Shown one piece after another: positions 39,818 through 50,650 of a stretch of DNA of 64,000 nt; position 1 is the first letter of the stretch; each line of letters opens with the position of its first letter. The notes below the pieces were generated by a model. The model did no database searches, was not told where the DNA came from, and saw nothing but the letters and a program-made list of their open reading frames with translations. The DNA comes from Escherichia coli (GTDB taxonomy: Bacteria > Pseudomonadota > Gammaproteobacteria > Enterobacterales > Enterobacteriaceae), in assembly GCF_041886205.1 (NCBI RefSeq), contig NZ_CP169029.1; one strand, written 5' to 3'. The position numbers and the translations under genes are program-made.

Positions 39818-40783
39818 TTAAGTGTATGAGTTCTTACGCCGAACTAATACTGGTAACGCTAGTTGCTCTTTTTTAAACGCCTCAATGGTAGATTTATATT
39901 TCTCGCAAATCTCCTCTTCGGTAATATCACTATCTACCGCCAGATTCGCACTTACTATCGCATCCACTTGTTCGGCTAATTCCACTTGTTGGCAACCTGC
40001 ATTAACCAGAAAATTATAAATAAGAGAGTAATCTTCATCCTCCAAAACAACAAAGGAACCATTACGAAAACGTTCATCCCCTCCATAGATTGTAAGTACA
40101 GAGCCCAAAGATTCTATGACTATGGCAAAATTATCATCAATTATTTTTTCGTAAATAAATATACCATCCATCGCATTCTTTAATTCCACCTCCTGGTATT
40201 TGGAGTTCAAATTTACCCCGTTTTAATTTGCTTACTATATCCTCCAATAAGGCATAACCTAAAGACACGTCACCAAACGCCTGGCGAATATAACCTTTAA
40301 TCCTTTTCGGTATGTCAGACTGTTTTTTCGGTATGTCAGACTGTTTTTTCTGTAAAATATCCCAGGCATACAATCTTCTGTTTTGTTCTAACGGAAACTC
40401 GCGGTTTTTGAAATCCATGAATGAGTTATACTCATTTATTGTTATGGGAATTTCTTCGTATTCAAACCCACTGCCTCGCAATGTCATTGTATATTCGGCA
40501 CCGTTATCTTTAAGGCTGAAACTGATAAGAAACTTATCCATGGCGTTAACAGTTTCATTTTTTGATGAAAGTACCTGATAACTATTTTTATCAATCTGAG
40601 TTGCGCAACGAAAGAACTCCCTCAAAGTTAAGAGGCTATCATAATTCGAAACCCAATCTTTTTCCCTCCTAAATGCATGCTGAATATTATTAAAAAATTG
40701 TTTGAATGTGTTTTTGTATGCGATGATTTTACAAATAACTCCACCGCACCAATAAAATTATTGTGTCTGATCCTGGGTAACAT
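39818..40783 (-). pseudogene. ytfI: AT-rich uncharacterized protein YtfI, split into at least two or three frames
   Basis: Track ORFs 39818..40210 and 40137..40625 overlap in different frames; an in-frame ATG further upstream (about 40781-40783) opens a third frame that runs into a stop near 40630. Confidence 0.7.
40304..40345. repeat. Perfect 21-bp tandem duplication inside ytfI
   Basis: ttttcggtatgtcagactgtt occurs twice head-to-tail, encoding the repeated heptapeptide KKQSDIP. Confidence 0.8.
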
Positions 40784-40994
40784 ATGGCCACCTTATTTTA
40801 TTTGGTTATTTTATGTCGCCATTAAATATCTCATTATAGAAGTAAACTATCAAAAAACGCTCATTATTAAAATGTAACTTATTAGCAATTGAATTTTTGC
40901 ACTTTAAATACAATCTCTTTTTATTTATAACTTTTTAGGTTGGGAGAAATCAGGATGGCAGAATCAGGAAATACACTGTTTCTGCCATCTGAAT

Positions 40995-41742
40995 TTAGTA
41001 AATAGACACTCTGAACCCCGGATTCAGGAACGACTCGCGCGGAGTGTAATCCAGCGGTTTACCCTGCCAGTCGTGAACGTGCGCTCCGGCAGCTGCAGCC
41101 ACAGCATGTCCAGCGGCGGTGTCCCAAATATTCGTTGGTCCGAAGCGCGGGTACAGCTGCGCCTGTCCTTCCGCCACCACCAGGCAGAATTTCAGCGAAG
41201 AGCCGATGGACGTGGTCTGATGTTCGCCAAGCTGTTGCAGATACTCTTTCAGCTCCGCATCTGCATGGGAACGGCTGATAACCACCAGCGGCGGGCGCGC
41301 ATCGCGGACCTGAATCTGCTTGCGCACACCGCACTCTTCTTTCCAGGCTTTACCTTCTGCCGCGCTGTACATTACGTTCATTACCGGCGCATACACCACA
41401 CCTAAAATCGGTTTGCCGTGATCGATGAGCGCAATGTTAACGGTGAATTCGCCATTACGTTTAATAAACTCTTTAGTACCATCCAGCGGGTCTACCAGCC
41501 AGTAACGCTGCCAGTGCTGACGGACTTCCCAACCGGGAGGATCTTCTTCAGAAAGGACCGGAATATCCGGTGTCAGCGTACGTAAACCGTCCATGATAAC
41601 GGTGTGTGCGGCAATATCCGCTGCCGTTACCGGAGAATTGTCCGCTTTGCTGACGACGTCCATCGGTTTCGCCCCGTCGTAGACCTACCTGCATAATGGC
41701 ATCGCCTGCATTCCGTGCAAGCTGGCATACTTGATCTAACAT
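40995..41742 (-). pseudogene. cysQ: 3'(2'),5'-bisphosphate nucleotidase CysQ, frame broken by an apparent 4-bp tandem duplication near 41683-41690
   Basis: Track ORF 41548..41742 matches CysQ through ...GDAIMQV then diverges; ORF 40995..41663 carries the rest ([20 protein letters not shown]...). Plus-strand acctacct reads as a doubled acct. Confidence 0.87.
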
Positions 41743-41922
41743 TTCTCCACCTCGTCTCTGTGAGCGGTGTTAACTTATTGTTTTACTTATACCCTATCGT
41801 TAATGAATGCGCCAACTGTGATAGTGTCATCATTTTCAAAGCGTAAAATTGTGGCATTCTTCACTGTTCTATAAGTAAGACGTTTATTCTCCCTTTTCTT
41901 TCGTATTCCCGATGATAAAAGG

Positions 41923-43882
41923 ATGTCCCTGATGATTAAGTTTAGCGCAACGCTCCTGGCCACGCTGATTGCCGCCAGTGTGAATGCAGCGACGGTCGAT
42001 CTGCGTATCATGGAAACCACTGATCTGCATAGCAACATGATGGATTTCGATTATTACAAAGACACCGCCACGGAAAAATTCGGACTGGTACGTACGGCAA
42101 GCCTGATTAACGATGCCCGCAATGAAGTGAAAAACAGCGTACTGGTCGATAACGGCGATTTGATTCAGGGGAGTCCACTGGCCGATTACATGTCGGCGGC
42201 GAAAGGATTAAAAGCAGGTGATGTTCATCCGGTTTATAAGGCGCTGAATACGCTGGATTACACGGTCGGTACACTCGGCAATCATGAATTTAACTACGGT
42301 CTGGATTACCTGAAAAATGCGCTGGCGGGAGCGAAATTCCCTTATGTAAATGCCAACGTCATTGACGCCAGAACCAAACAGCCAATGTTTACACCGTATT
42401 TAATTAAAGATACCGAAGTGGTCGATAAAGACGGAAAAAAACAGACGCTGAAGATTGGCTATATTGGCGTCGTGCCGCCGCAAATCATGGGCTGGGATAA
42501 AGCTAATTTATCCGGAAAAGTGACGGTGAATGATATTACCGAAACCGTGCGCAAATACGTGCCTGAAATGCGCGAGAAAGGTACCGATGTCGTTGTCGTT
42601 CTGGCGCATTCCGGGCTATCTGCCGATCCGTATAAAGTGATGGCGGAAAACTCAGTTTATTACCTCAGTGAAATTCCTGGCGTTAACGCCATTATGTTTG
42701 GCCATATGCTCACGCCGTTTTCCCAGGTAAAGATTTTGCTGATATCGAAGGGGCTGATATCGCGAAAGGCACGCTGAATGGTGTTCCGGCGGTAATGCCG
42801 GGCATGTGGGGCGATCATCTTGGGGTGGTCGACTTACAACTCAGTAATAACAGCGGTAAATGGCAGGTGACGCAGGCGAAAGCGGAAGCACGGCCGATTT
42901 ACGACATCGCCAATAAAAAATCCCTCGCGGCGGAAGACAGCAAGCTGGTAGAAACACTCAAAGCCGATCACGATGCCACACGCCAGTTCGTCAGCAAGCC
43001 AATCGGTAAATCCGCCGACAATATGTATAGCTATCTGGCGCTGGTGCAGGACGATCCGACCGTGCAGGTGGTGAACAACGCGCAAAAAGCGTATGTCGAG
43101 CATTACATTCAGGGCGATCCGGATCTGGCAAAACTGCCGGTGCTTTCAGCTGCTGCACCGTTTAAAGTTGGTGGTCGCAAAAATGATCCGGCAAGCTATG
43201 TGGAGGTGGAAAAAAGGCCAGTTGACCTTCCGTAATGCCGACGATCTTTATCTCTACCCCAATACGCTGATTGTGGTGAAAGCCAGCGGTAAAGAGGTGA
43301 AAGAGTAGCTGGAGTGCTCCGCCGGACAGTTTAACCAGATTGATCCTGACAACACGAAACCACAGTCACTCATCAACTGGGATGGTTTCCGCACCTATAA
43401 CTTTGATGTGATTGATGGTGTGAATTATCAGATTGATGTTACCCAGCCTGCCCGTTATGACGGCGAGTGCCAGATGGTTAATGCCAATGCGGAAAGGATT
43501 AAGAACCTGACCTTTAATGGCAAGCCGATTGATCCGAACGCCATGTTCCTGGTTGCCACCAATAACTATCGCGCTTACGGCGGCAAATTTGCCGGTACGG
43601 GCGACAGCCATATCGCTTTTGCTTCACCGGATGAGAACCGCTCGGTGCTGGCAGCGTGGATTGCTGATGAGTCGAAACGTGCGGGGGAAATTCACCCGGC
43701 GGCAGATAACAACTGGCGTTTTAGCACCGATAGCTGGCGATAAGAAACTGGATATCCGTTTCGAAACCTCTCCATCAGATAAAGCCGCGGCGTTTATTAA
43801 AGAGAAAGGGCAATATCCGATGAATAAAGTCGCGACCGATGATATCGGGTTTGCGATTTATCAGGTGGATTTGAGTAAGTAA
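41923..43882 (+). pseudogene. cpdB: 2',3'-cyclic-nucleotide 2'-phosphodiesterase / 3'-nucleotidase CpdB, four disruptions
   Basis: Fragments 41923..42777, 42795..43235, 43093..43308, 43408..43743 and 43517..43882. Apparent 2-bp dup near 42704-42707, +1 A near 43210-43215, in-frame TAG at 43306-43308 where Trp is expected, +1 T near 43729-43732. Confidence 0.87.
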
Positions 43883-43909
43883 TACACTTCTTTTTCGGCC
43901 TATAAATCA

Positions 43910-44000
43910 TCAACCGCATCCGGCACTTTTGTCGGATGCGATGCTGGCGCATCTTATCCGCCCTACAAGTCATGAACCGTAGGCCGGATAAGCGCAGCCG
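43910..44000. repeat. REP/BIME palindromic repeat cluster
   Basis: gcatccggc...gccggataagcg-type palindromes between cpdB and ytfH. Confidence 0.65.
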
Positions 44001-44004
44001 GCAG

Positions 44005-44385
44005 TTATGCCGCACGTTCATCCCGCACCGCCAACACCTCGGGCAAATTCAACTCAATCCAGTCCGCCAGTGCAGCAACCTTTTCGCTCACCTGCTCGCC
44101 CAGCGGCGTGAGGCTATATTCCACATGCGGCGGCACCACCGGATACGCGATACGGTTAAGAAAACCATCCTGTTCTAACGCCTGTAACGACTGCGCAAGC
44201 ATCTTTTCACTCACCCCACCGATTTTGCGCCGCAGGTCGCTAAAGCGATGAGTACCTTCGCGTAGCGCCACCAGAATCAACACCCCCCAACGGCTGGTGA
44301 CGTGTTTCAACACCTCGCGCGACGGGCACTGTTCCGCAAAGAGATTACCCTCTTTCAGTTGTTGTGACAGGCTAACCTGACTCAT
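44005..44385 (-). CDS. ytfH: HxlR-type HTH transcriptional regulator YtfH
   Basis: 126 aa from the internal Met (MSQVSLSQQLKEGNLFAEQCPSREVL...); divergent from ytfG. Confidence 0.9.
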   Translation of the reverse strand: MSQVSLSQQLKEGNLFAEQCPSREVLKHVTSRWGVLILVALREGTHRFSDLRRKIGGVSEKMLAQSLQALEQDGFLNRIAYPVVPPHVEYSLTPLGEQVSEKVAALADWIELNLPEVLAVRDERAA

Positions 44386-44473
44386 TTCATACTTACCTTT
44401 TTGTACGTACTTACTAAAAGTAAGTTTAGGTGTTAGCGTATTTAAACACAAGACAAAACGATGGAGACTTCCC

Positions 44474-45334
44474 ATGATCGCTATTACTGGTGCCACTGGC
44501 CAACTTGGTCACTATGTTATTAAATCCTTGATGAAAACGGTTCCTGCCAGCCAAATAGTGGCTATCGTTCGTAATCCGGCAAAAGCCCAGGCACTGACAG
44601 CACAAGGCATTACCGTGCGTCAGGCTGACTACGGCGATGAAGCCGCACTGACATCTGCACTTCAGGGAGTGGAAAAACTACTGCTGATCTCTTCCAGCGA
44701 AGTGGGTCAACGTGCCCCGCAGCATCGTAATGTTATTAATGCCGCAAAGACGGCTGGCGTGAAATTTATCGCTTATACCAGTCTGCTTCACGCGGATAAA
44801 TCTCCGCTCGGCCTCGCCGATGAGCACATCGAGACGGAGAAAATGTTGGCTGATTCTGGCATCGTTTACACCCTGCTGCGCAACGGCTGGTACACCGAAA
44901 ACTATCTCGCCAGCGCCCCGGCAGCACTGGAGCACGGCGTATTTATCGGTGCCGCGGGCGATGGCAAAATTGCCTCGGCAACGCGGGCAGATTATGCGGC
45001 AGCTGCGGCACGCGTGATTAGCGAAGCCGGTCACGAAGGCAAGGTTTACGAGCTGGCGGGCGATAGTGCCTGGACGTTGACACAGTTAGCGGCAGAGCTG
45101 ACCAAACAGAGCGGCAAACAGGTTACCTATCAAAATCTGAGCGAAACCGATTTCGCTGCGGCGCTGAAAAGCGTTGGCCTGCCTGACGGACTGGCGGATA
45201 TACTGGCGGATTCTGACGTTGGCGCATCGAAAGGCGGTCTGTTTGATGACAGCAAAACGCTGAGCAAATTGATTGGCCGCCCAACGACAACGTTAGCCGA
45301 AAGCGTAAGCCATCTTTTTAATGTTAATAAATAG
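44474..45334 (+). CDS. ytfG: NAD(P)H:quinone oxidoreductase YtfG (NmrA-like)
   Basis: 286-aa ORF with N-terminal GxxGxxG Rossmann motif (MIAITGATGQLGHYV). Confidence 0.93.
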   Translation: MIAITGATGQLGHYVIKSLMKTVPASQIVAIVRNPAKAQALTAQGITVRQADYGDEAALTSALQGVEKLLLISSSEVGQRAPQHRNVINAAKTAGVKFIAYTSLLHADKSPLGLADEHIETEKMLADSGIVYTLLRNGWYTENYLASAPAALEHGVFIGAAGDGKIASATRADYAAAAARVISEAGHEGKVYELAGDSAWTLTQLAAELTKQSGKQVTYQNLSETDFAAALKSVGLPDGLADILADSDVGASKGGLFDDSKTLSKLIGRPTTTLAESVSHLFNVNK

Positions 45335-45442
45335 TTAATTAAAGTGGCATCCTCCCGCATCCTCTCTGATAATGACGGGATGCCGGGAGCAATCATGTCT
45401 GCTTCCTGAACGTTTCTTCTGACAGACCAATGGATGCCAGTA

Positions 45443-46408
45443 ATGATTAGCGGCGTGCTGTACGCCCTGTTAGCAGGGTTGATGTGGGGGCTTATTTTTG
45501 TCGGGCCGTTGATCGTGCCGGAATACCCGGCGATGTTGCAGTCGATGGGGCGTTATCTGGCGTTAGGGTTAATTGCGCTACCCATTGCCTGGCTGGGACG
45601 CGTGCGTCTGCGTCAGTTGGCGCGTCGCGACTGGCTTACCGCCTTGATGCTCACTATGATGGGCAACCTCATCTATTACTTCTGCCTTGCCAGTGCCATT
45701 CAACGTACTGGCGCGCCTGTTTCTACGATGATTATTGGCACCCTGCCGGTGGTCATTCCTGTCTTTGCCAATCTGCTTTATAGCCAGCGCGACGGCAAAC
45801 TCGCGTGGGGAAAACTCGCCCCGGCACTGATTTGTATTGGCATCGGCCTGGCGTGTGTGAATATTGCTGAGTTAAACCACGGACTCCCCGATTTTGACTG
45901 GGCACGTTATACCTCTGGCATCGTGCTAGCGTTAGTTTCCGTGGTCTGCTGGGCATGGTATGCCCTGCGCAACGCCCGCTGGCTGCGGGAAAATCCCGAC
46001 AAACATCCGATGATGTGGGCGACGGCGCAGGCGCTGGTCACGCTGCCGGTTTCTCTCATCGGCTATCTCGTCGCCTGTTACTGGCTGAATATACAAACGC
46101 CGGACTTCTCCTTACCTTTTGGCCCCCGTCCGCTGGTGTTTATTAGTCTGATGGTTGCGATAGCCGTGCTTTGCTCATGGGTTGGCGCACTCTGCTGGAA
46201 CGTCGCCAGCCAGCGATTACCGACAGTGATTCTCGGGCCGCTGATCGTTTTCGAAACACTGGCAGGTTTGCTGTACACCTTTTTGATACGCCAGCAAATG
46301 CCGCCGCTGATGACGCTGAGCGGTATCGCGCTGTTAGTGGTTGGCGTGGTCATTGCAGTCAGAGCAAAACCGGAAAAGCCTTTAACTGAATCTGTCTCAG
46401 AAAGTTGA
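45443..46408 (+). CDS. ytfF: Inner membrane EamA/DMT-family transporter YtfF
   Basis: Polytopic membrane ORF; start set at the internal Met (about 321 aa). Confidence 0.9.
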   Translation: MISGVLYALLAGLMWGLIFVGPLIVPEYPAMLQSMGRYLALGLIALPIAWLGRVRLRQLARRDWLTALMLTMMGNLIYYFCLASAIQRTGAPVSTMIIGTLPVVIPVFANLLYSQRDGKLAWGKLAPALICIGIGLACVNIAELNHGLPDFDWARYTSGIVLALVSVVCWAWYALRNARWLRENPDKHPMMWATAQALVTLPVSLIGYLVACYWLNIQTPDFSLPFGPRPLVFISLMVAIAVLCSWVGALCWNVASQRLPTVILGPLIVFETLAGLLYTFLIRQQMPPLMTLSGIALLVVGVVIAVRAKPEKPLTESVSES

Positions 46409-46515
46409 CATACTGGCAGTGAGTTAAATAAGCCTCTGCTACGTAAGGGTTATAGCATTTGCCTTAAAGATGCATTTAAAATACATCTTATCTTATTAAG
46501 AATGAGGTATCAGCT

Positions 46516-47178
46516 ATGGCTTATCGCGACCAACCTTTAGGTGAACTGGCGCTCTCTATCCCTCGCGCTTCGGCTCTGTTTCGTAAATATGATATGGATT
46601 ACTGCTGCGGCGGTAAGCAAACGCTGGCGCGTGCGGCGGCACGTAAAGAACTGGATGTTGAGGTCATTGAAGCTGAGCTGGCAAAGCTTGCTGAACAACC
46701 GATTGAGAAAGACTGGCGTAGCGCCCCGCTGGCAGAAATCATCGACCATATCATCGTGCGCTACCACGATCGTCACCGCGAGCAACTGCCGGAGCTGATC
46801 CTGCAAGCGACTAAAGTCGAGCGCGTTCACGCCGACAAACCGAGCGTGCCAAAAGGGCTGACAAAATACCTGACCATGCTGCATGAAGAGCTTTCCAGCC
46901 ACATGATGAAAGAAGAGCAGATCCTCTTCCCGATGATCAAACAAGGCATGGGCAGCCAGGCAATGGGGCCAATCAGCGTAATGGAAAGCGAGCACGATGA
47001 AGCGGGCGAACTGCTGGAAGTGATCAAACACACTACCAATAACGTCACACCGCCGCCAGAAGCCTGCACCACCTGGAAAGCGATGTATAACGGCATTAAT
47101 GAACTGATTGATGACCTGATGGATCACATCAGTCTGGAAAACAATGTACTGTTCCCACGCGCGCTGGCGGGTGAGTAA
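46516..47178 (+). CDS. ytfE: Iron-sulfur cluster repair di-iron protein YtfE (RIC)
   Basis: 220-aa ORF with hemerythrin-like His/Glu ligands. Confidence 0.94.
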   Translation: MAYRDQPLGELALSIPRASALFRKYDMDYCCGGKQTLARAAARKELDVEVIEAELAKLAEQPIEKDWRSAPLAEIIDHIIVRYHDRHREQLPELILQATKVERVHADKPSVPKGLTKYLTMLHEELSSHMMKEEQILFPMIKQGMGSQAMGPISVMESEHDEAGELLEVIKHTTNNVTPPPEACTTWKAMYNGINELIDDLMDHISLENNVLFPRALAGE

Positions 47179-47185
47179 TCTAAAA

Positions 47186-47210
47186 GCTGGATGGCATTGC
47201 GCCATCCAGC
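47186..47210. terminator. Bidirectional terminator hairpin between ytfE and cycA
   Basis: Palindrome gctggatggc-attgc-gccatccagc between two convergent stops. Confidence 0.5.
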
Positions 47211-47222
47211 ATGATAATGCGG

Positions 47223-48635
47223 TTATTTCCGCAGTTCAGCAGCCCGCTTCTTACCAATAAACAACCAGCCCAGCCCCAGTGCGATAAACCACAGCGGGGT
47301 GACCAACAGCGCCTGGCGAGTGTCATCTTCCAGTGTCAGCAACACGACCACGAACACAAAGAACGCCATACATACCCAGCACATCAGCTTGCCGAGCGGC
47401 ATCTTGTAGATCGACTTCTCATGCAGATGAGGACGCTGTTTGCGGTAAACCAGGTACGAGCAAAGGATAATCGTCCAGACGAACATAAACAGAATCGCGG
47501 AAACGGTTGTAATCATCGTGAACGCGCCAATCACGCTAGGATTCACATACAGCATCACCACGCCACCGAGCAGGCAGATGCAGGAGAAGGTCAGCCCTTT
47601 CGCTGGTACTGCGCGCTTAGAAAGTTTAGCGAACGCTTTCGGTGCCACACCTTCCTGCGCCAGACCAAACAGCATACGGCTGGTAGAGAAGACGCCGCTG
47701 TTAGCGGAAGACGCCGCAGAGGTCAGCACCACAAAGTTGATCACGCTTGCGGCAGCAGGCAGCCCTACCAACACGAACAGTTCAACAAACGGGCTTTTCT
47801 CCGGGACTACCGAACTCCACGGCGTCACGGACATAATCACAATCAGCGCGAAGACGTAGAACATAATGATACGGATCGGAATGGAGTTAATCGCGCGTGG
47901 CAGTGATTTCTCCGGATCTTTGGTTTCCGCAGCTGTTGTACCTACCAGCTCAATCCCCACGAAAGCGAAAACCGCTATCTGGAATCCGGCAAAGAAGCCA
48001 CTTAAACCTTTCGGGAACCAGCCGCCGTCATTCCACAAATGCGCGAATGACGCTTCCACACCGGTCGGTGACTGAAAGTGCATCGCCACCATGACCAGGC
48101 CGACGACAATCAGCGACACGATGGCGACGATTTTGATCATCGCAAACCAGAACTCCATCTCACCGAACATTTTCACGGTGGCAAGGTTGAGCGTCAACAG
48201 CAGCACTATCACCGCCAGCGAGGCGACCCAGTCGGAGAGATCGGGGAACCAGAACTGAGCATAAGCAGTGATCGCCACCACGTCTGCCATACCGGTTACA
48301 ACCCAGCAGAACCAGTAAGTCCAGCCGGTGAAATATCCTGCCCACGGCCCGAGTAAATCGGAAGCGAAGTCACTAAAAGATTTGTATTCCAGATTCGAAA
48401 GCAGCAATTCCCCCATTGCCCGCATCACGAAAAAGAGCATAAAACCGATGATCATATAAACGAAAATGATCGACGGCCCGGCAAGGCTAATCGTTTTGCC
48501 AGACCCCATAAACAACCCCGTACCAATGGCACCGCCAATGGCAATAAGCTGAATATGTCGGTTTGTGAGATTGCGCCGTAGCGACTGTTCAGCCGGAGCC
48601 TGATCATCGGCAACGACTTTTACCTGATCTACCAT
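47223..48635 (-). CDS. cycA: D-serine/D-alanine/glycine:H+ symporter (APC family)
   Basis: 470-aa polytopic ORF, K-12 synteny. Confidence 0.95.
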   Translation of the reverse strand: MVDQVKVVADDQAPAEQSLRRNLTNRHIQLIAIGGAIGTGLFMGSGKTISLAGPSIIFVYMIIGFMLFFVMRAMGELLLSNLEYKSFSDFASDLLGPWAGYFTGWTYWFCWVVTGMADVVAITAYAQFWFPDLSDWVASLAVIVLLLTLNLATVKMFGEMEFWFAMIKIVAIVSLIVVGLVMVAMHFQSPTGVEASFAHLWNDGGWFPKGLSGFFAGFQIAVFAFVGIELVGTTAAETKDPEKSLPRAINSIPIRIIMFYVFALIVIMSVTPWSSVVPEKSPFVELFVLVGLPAAASVINFVVLTSAASSANSGVFSTSRMLFGLAQEGVAPKAFAKLSKRAVPAKGLTFSCICLLGGVVMLYVNPSVIGAFTMITTVSAILFMFVWTIILCSYLVYRKQRPHLHEKSIYKMPLGKLMCWVCMAFFVFVVVLLTLEDDTRQALLVTPLWFIALGLGWLFIGKKRAAELRK

Positions 48636-48943
48636 GTTTTTTTCTTCCTGTACCTGTCTGTGTTGTTCAGGCTCTACGGCCTTTAGTCAGTCTATGATAC
48701 GACGAATCTGTATCGGGACTCATCGATATTAGGTAACAATACGCGGGATGAATACTAAGATTTAGATCTAATGTTAATTTTATGTTTAAAGTGAGTGTCA
48801 TATCACGGTGATAACGCGAAACAGCTCACAAAAATACACGCTTACGGGGTCTTTGCAACACAAAATAGCGCCGTTTGGCAAACTGAAGGGTTTATTGCTG
48901 AATGCCTGCTCCCCTCTGGTTCGAGGGGAACAGAATGCGCTGC

Positions 48944-49564
48944 TTAGAGGATTTCCAGCAGTTCGACTTCAAACACCAGGGTGCTGAACGGAGGGATGGA
49001 TGCGCCTGCGCCGCGCTCGCCATATGCCAGTTCCTGCGGGATAGTCAGTTCCCATTTAGAACCTACCGGCATCAGAGTCAGTGCTTCAATCCAGCCAGGG
49101 ATCACGCCATTAACCGGGAATTCAGCGGGTTCACCACGAGCAACGGAGCTGTCAAACACGGTGCCGTCGATCAGTTTACCGGTGTAATGAACACGAACGC
49201 GGTCAGTACGTGCCGGAATTGCGCCTTCACCCTGGTTGATCACGCGGAATTGCAGGCCAGATTCGGTGCTGTTCACACCTTCTTTTTTGGCATTTTCTTC
49301 AAGATATTTCACACCTTCGGCAGCCATCGCCTGGAAACGCTGACGACGAACGGCATCGGCGCGTTCGTGGATTTCACGCAGCGCGCGATGCACCACATCA
49401 ACCGGAACAGCCGGATGTTTGCTTTCCAGCGCATCTGCAATACCAGCCACCAGCGCCTCCGGCAGCAGCCCTTGCAGGCCAGATTCACTCAGTTGTTGGC
49501 CTACCTGTAAACCAATGCCGTAGCTTGCTTGCGCTTCGATGGTGTCAAAAGTTGGGGTGGTCAT
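48944..49564 (-). CDS. fklB: FKBP-type peptidyl-prolyl cis-trans isomerase FklB
   Basis: 206 aa from the internal Met ([25 protein letters not shown]...). Confidence 0.94.
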   Translation of the reverse strand: MTTPTFDTIEAQASYGIGLQVGQQLSESGLQGLLPEALVAGIADALESKHPAVPVDVVHRALREIHERADAVRRQRFQAMAAEGVKYLEENAKKEGVNSTESGLQFRVINQGEGAIPARTDRVRVHYTGKLIDGTVFDSSVARGEPAEFPVNGVIPGWIEALTLMPVGSKWELTIPQELAYGERGAGASIPPFSTLVFEVELLEIL

Positions 49565-49782
49565 CGTATTTCCTTTCTTAGGGTATAAAAGTAGCGGGCA
49601 GCATATCAGCCACACTTCTTTGGGTAAAACTTTGTCGCAGGAATGATGACAAATCCCGGGGAAAAAGAAACAATAGCAATATCCCGTATGAATATAATAA
49701 AGGCGGGTTTACCACGGACATCATAGCGTTAGCTTATTCATAGGCTATGATTGAGGAACAAGACGCGGAGCAGGAGGAAACC

Positions 49783-50421
49783 ATGCCCGGGCGCTTTGAA
49801 CTAAAACCAACCCTGGAGAAAGTCTGGCACGCGCCGGACAATTTTCGCTTCATGGACCCGCTGCCGCCGATGCATCGTCGGGGGATCATTATTGCCGCCA
49901 TTATATTGGTGGTCGGATTTCTGCTTCCATCTGATGATACGCCCAACGCGCCGGTGGTGACGCGTGAAGCGCAGTTAGATATTCAGTCGCAATCACAACC
50001 GCCGACAGAAGAACAGCTGCGGGCGCAATTAGTCACACCACAAAATGATCCTGATCAGGTGGCTCCGGTCGCTCCAGAACCTATACAGGAAGGCCAGCCA
50101 GAAGAACAGCCGCAAACTACCCAAACACAACCATTCCAGCCAGATAGCGGAATTGATAATCAATGGCGCTCTTACCGTGTCGAACCCGGTAAAACGATGG
50201 CGCAGCTGTTCCGCGACCACGGACTGCCCGCTACCGATGTCTATGCAATGGCGCAGGTAGAAGGCGCGGGTAAGCCGCTGAGTAATTTGCAAAACGGGCA
50301 AATGGTGAAAATCCGCCAGAACGCCAGCGGCGTGGTGACGGGCTTAACCATTGATACGGGGAATAATCAACAGGTCCTGTTCACCCGCCAGCCGGATGGC
50401 AGTTTTATTCGTGCGCGGTAG
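49783..50421 (+). CDS. ytfB: Cell-division-associated protein YtfB (OapA/LysM-like)
   Basis: 212 aa from the internal Met ([33 protein letters not shown]...) with a TM segment and Pro/Gln-rich linker. Confidence 0.9.
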
Positions 50422-50469
50422 ATGAAGGGTCAACCAAAAGCCAGCTAAGGATTGTCTCTTTGATGACCT

Positions 50470-50650
50470 TACGTCTGGCTTCCAGTGCCTGGGGGGAAAC
50501 CATACTGATATGTTGACATCCTCCACGCCCTGAAGGACGTGGATCCCTGCTACGTTCAGGCTGTCGCCTGAATCATTTCGGTGGGTTCCTGCTTCAACGA
50601 GCGGCCTGACTGCACCATCTCTCCACAGGCAAGAACGGCGTGCCCCGCCG
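50470..50650 (-). ncRNA. Predicted omega-RNA (TnpB guide RNA) overlapping the tnpB 3' end and the adjacent IS end
   Basis: Inferred only from the known architecture of TnpB systems; structured hairpin-containing sequence lies just downstream of the tnpB stop. Confidence 0.25.

Noticed and set aside
40677-40877. 66-aa ORF in the ytfI-cysQ interval
   Set aside because: AT-rich low-complexity translation overlapping the expected 5' end of ytfI on the opposite strand; no RBS or family resemblance.
47211-47906. 231-aa ORF antisense to cycA
   Set aside because: Arg/His/Gln-rich antisense frame inside cycA.
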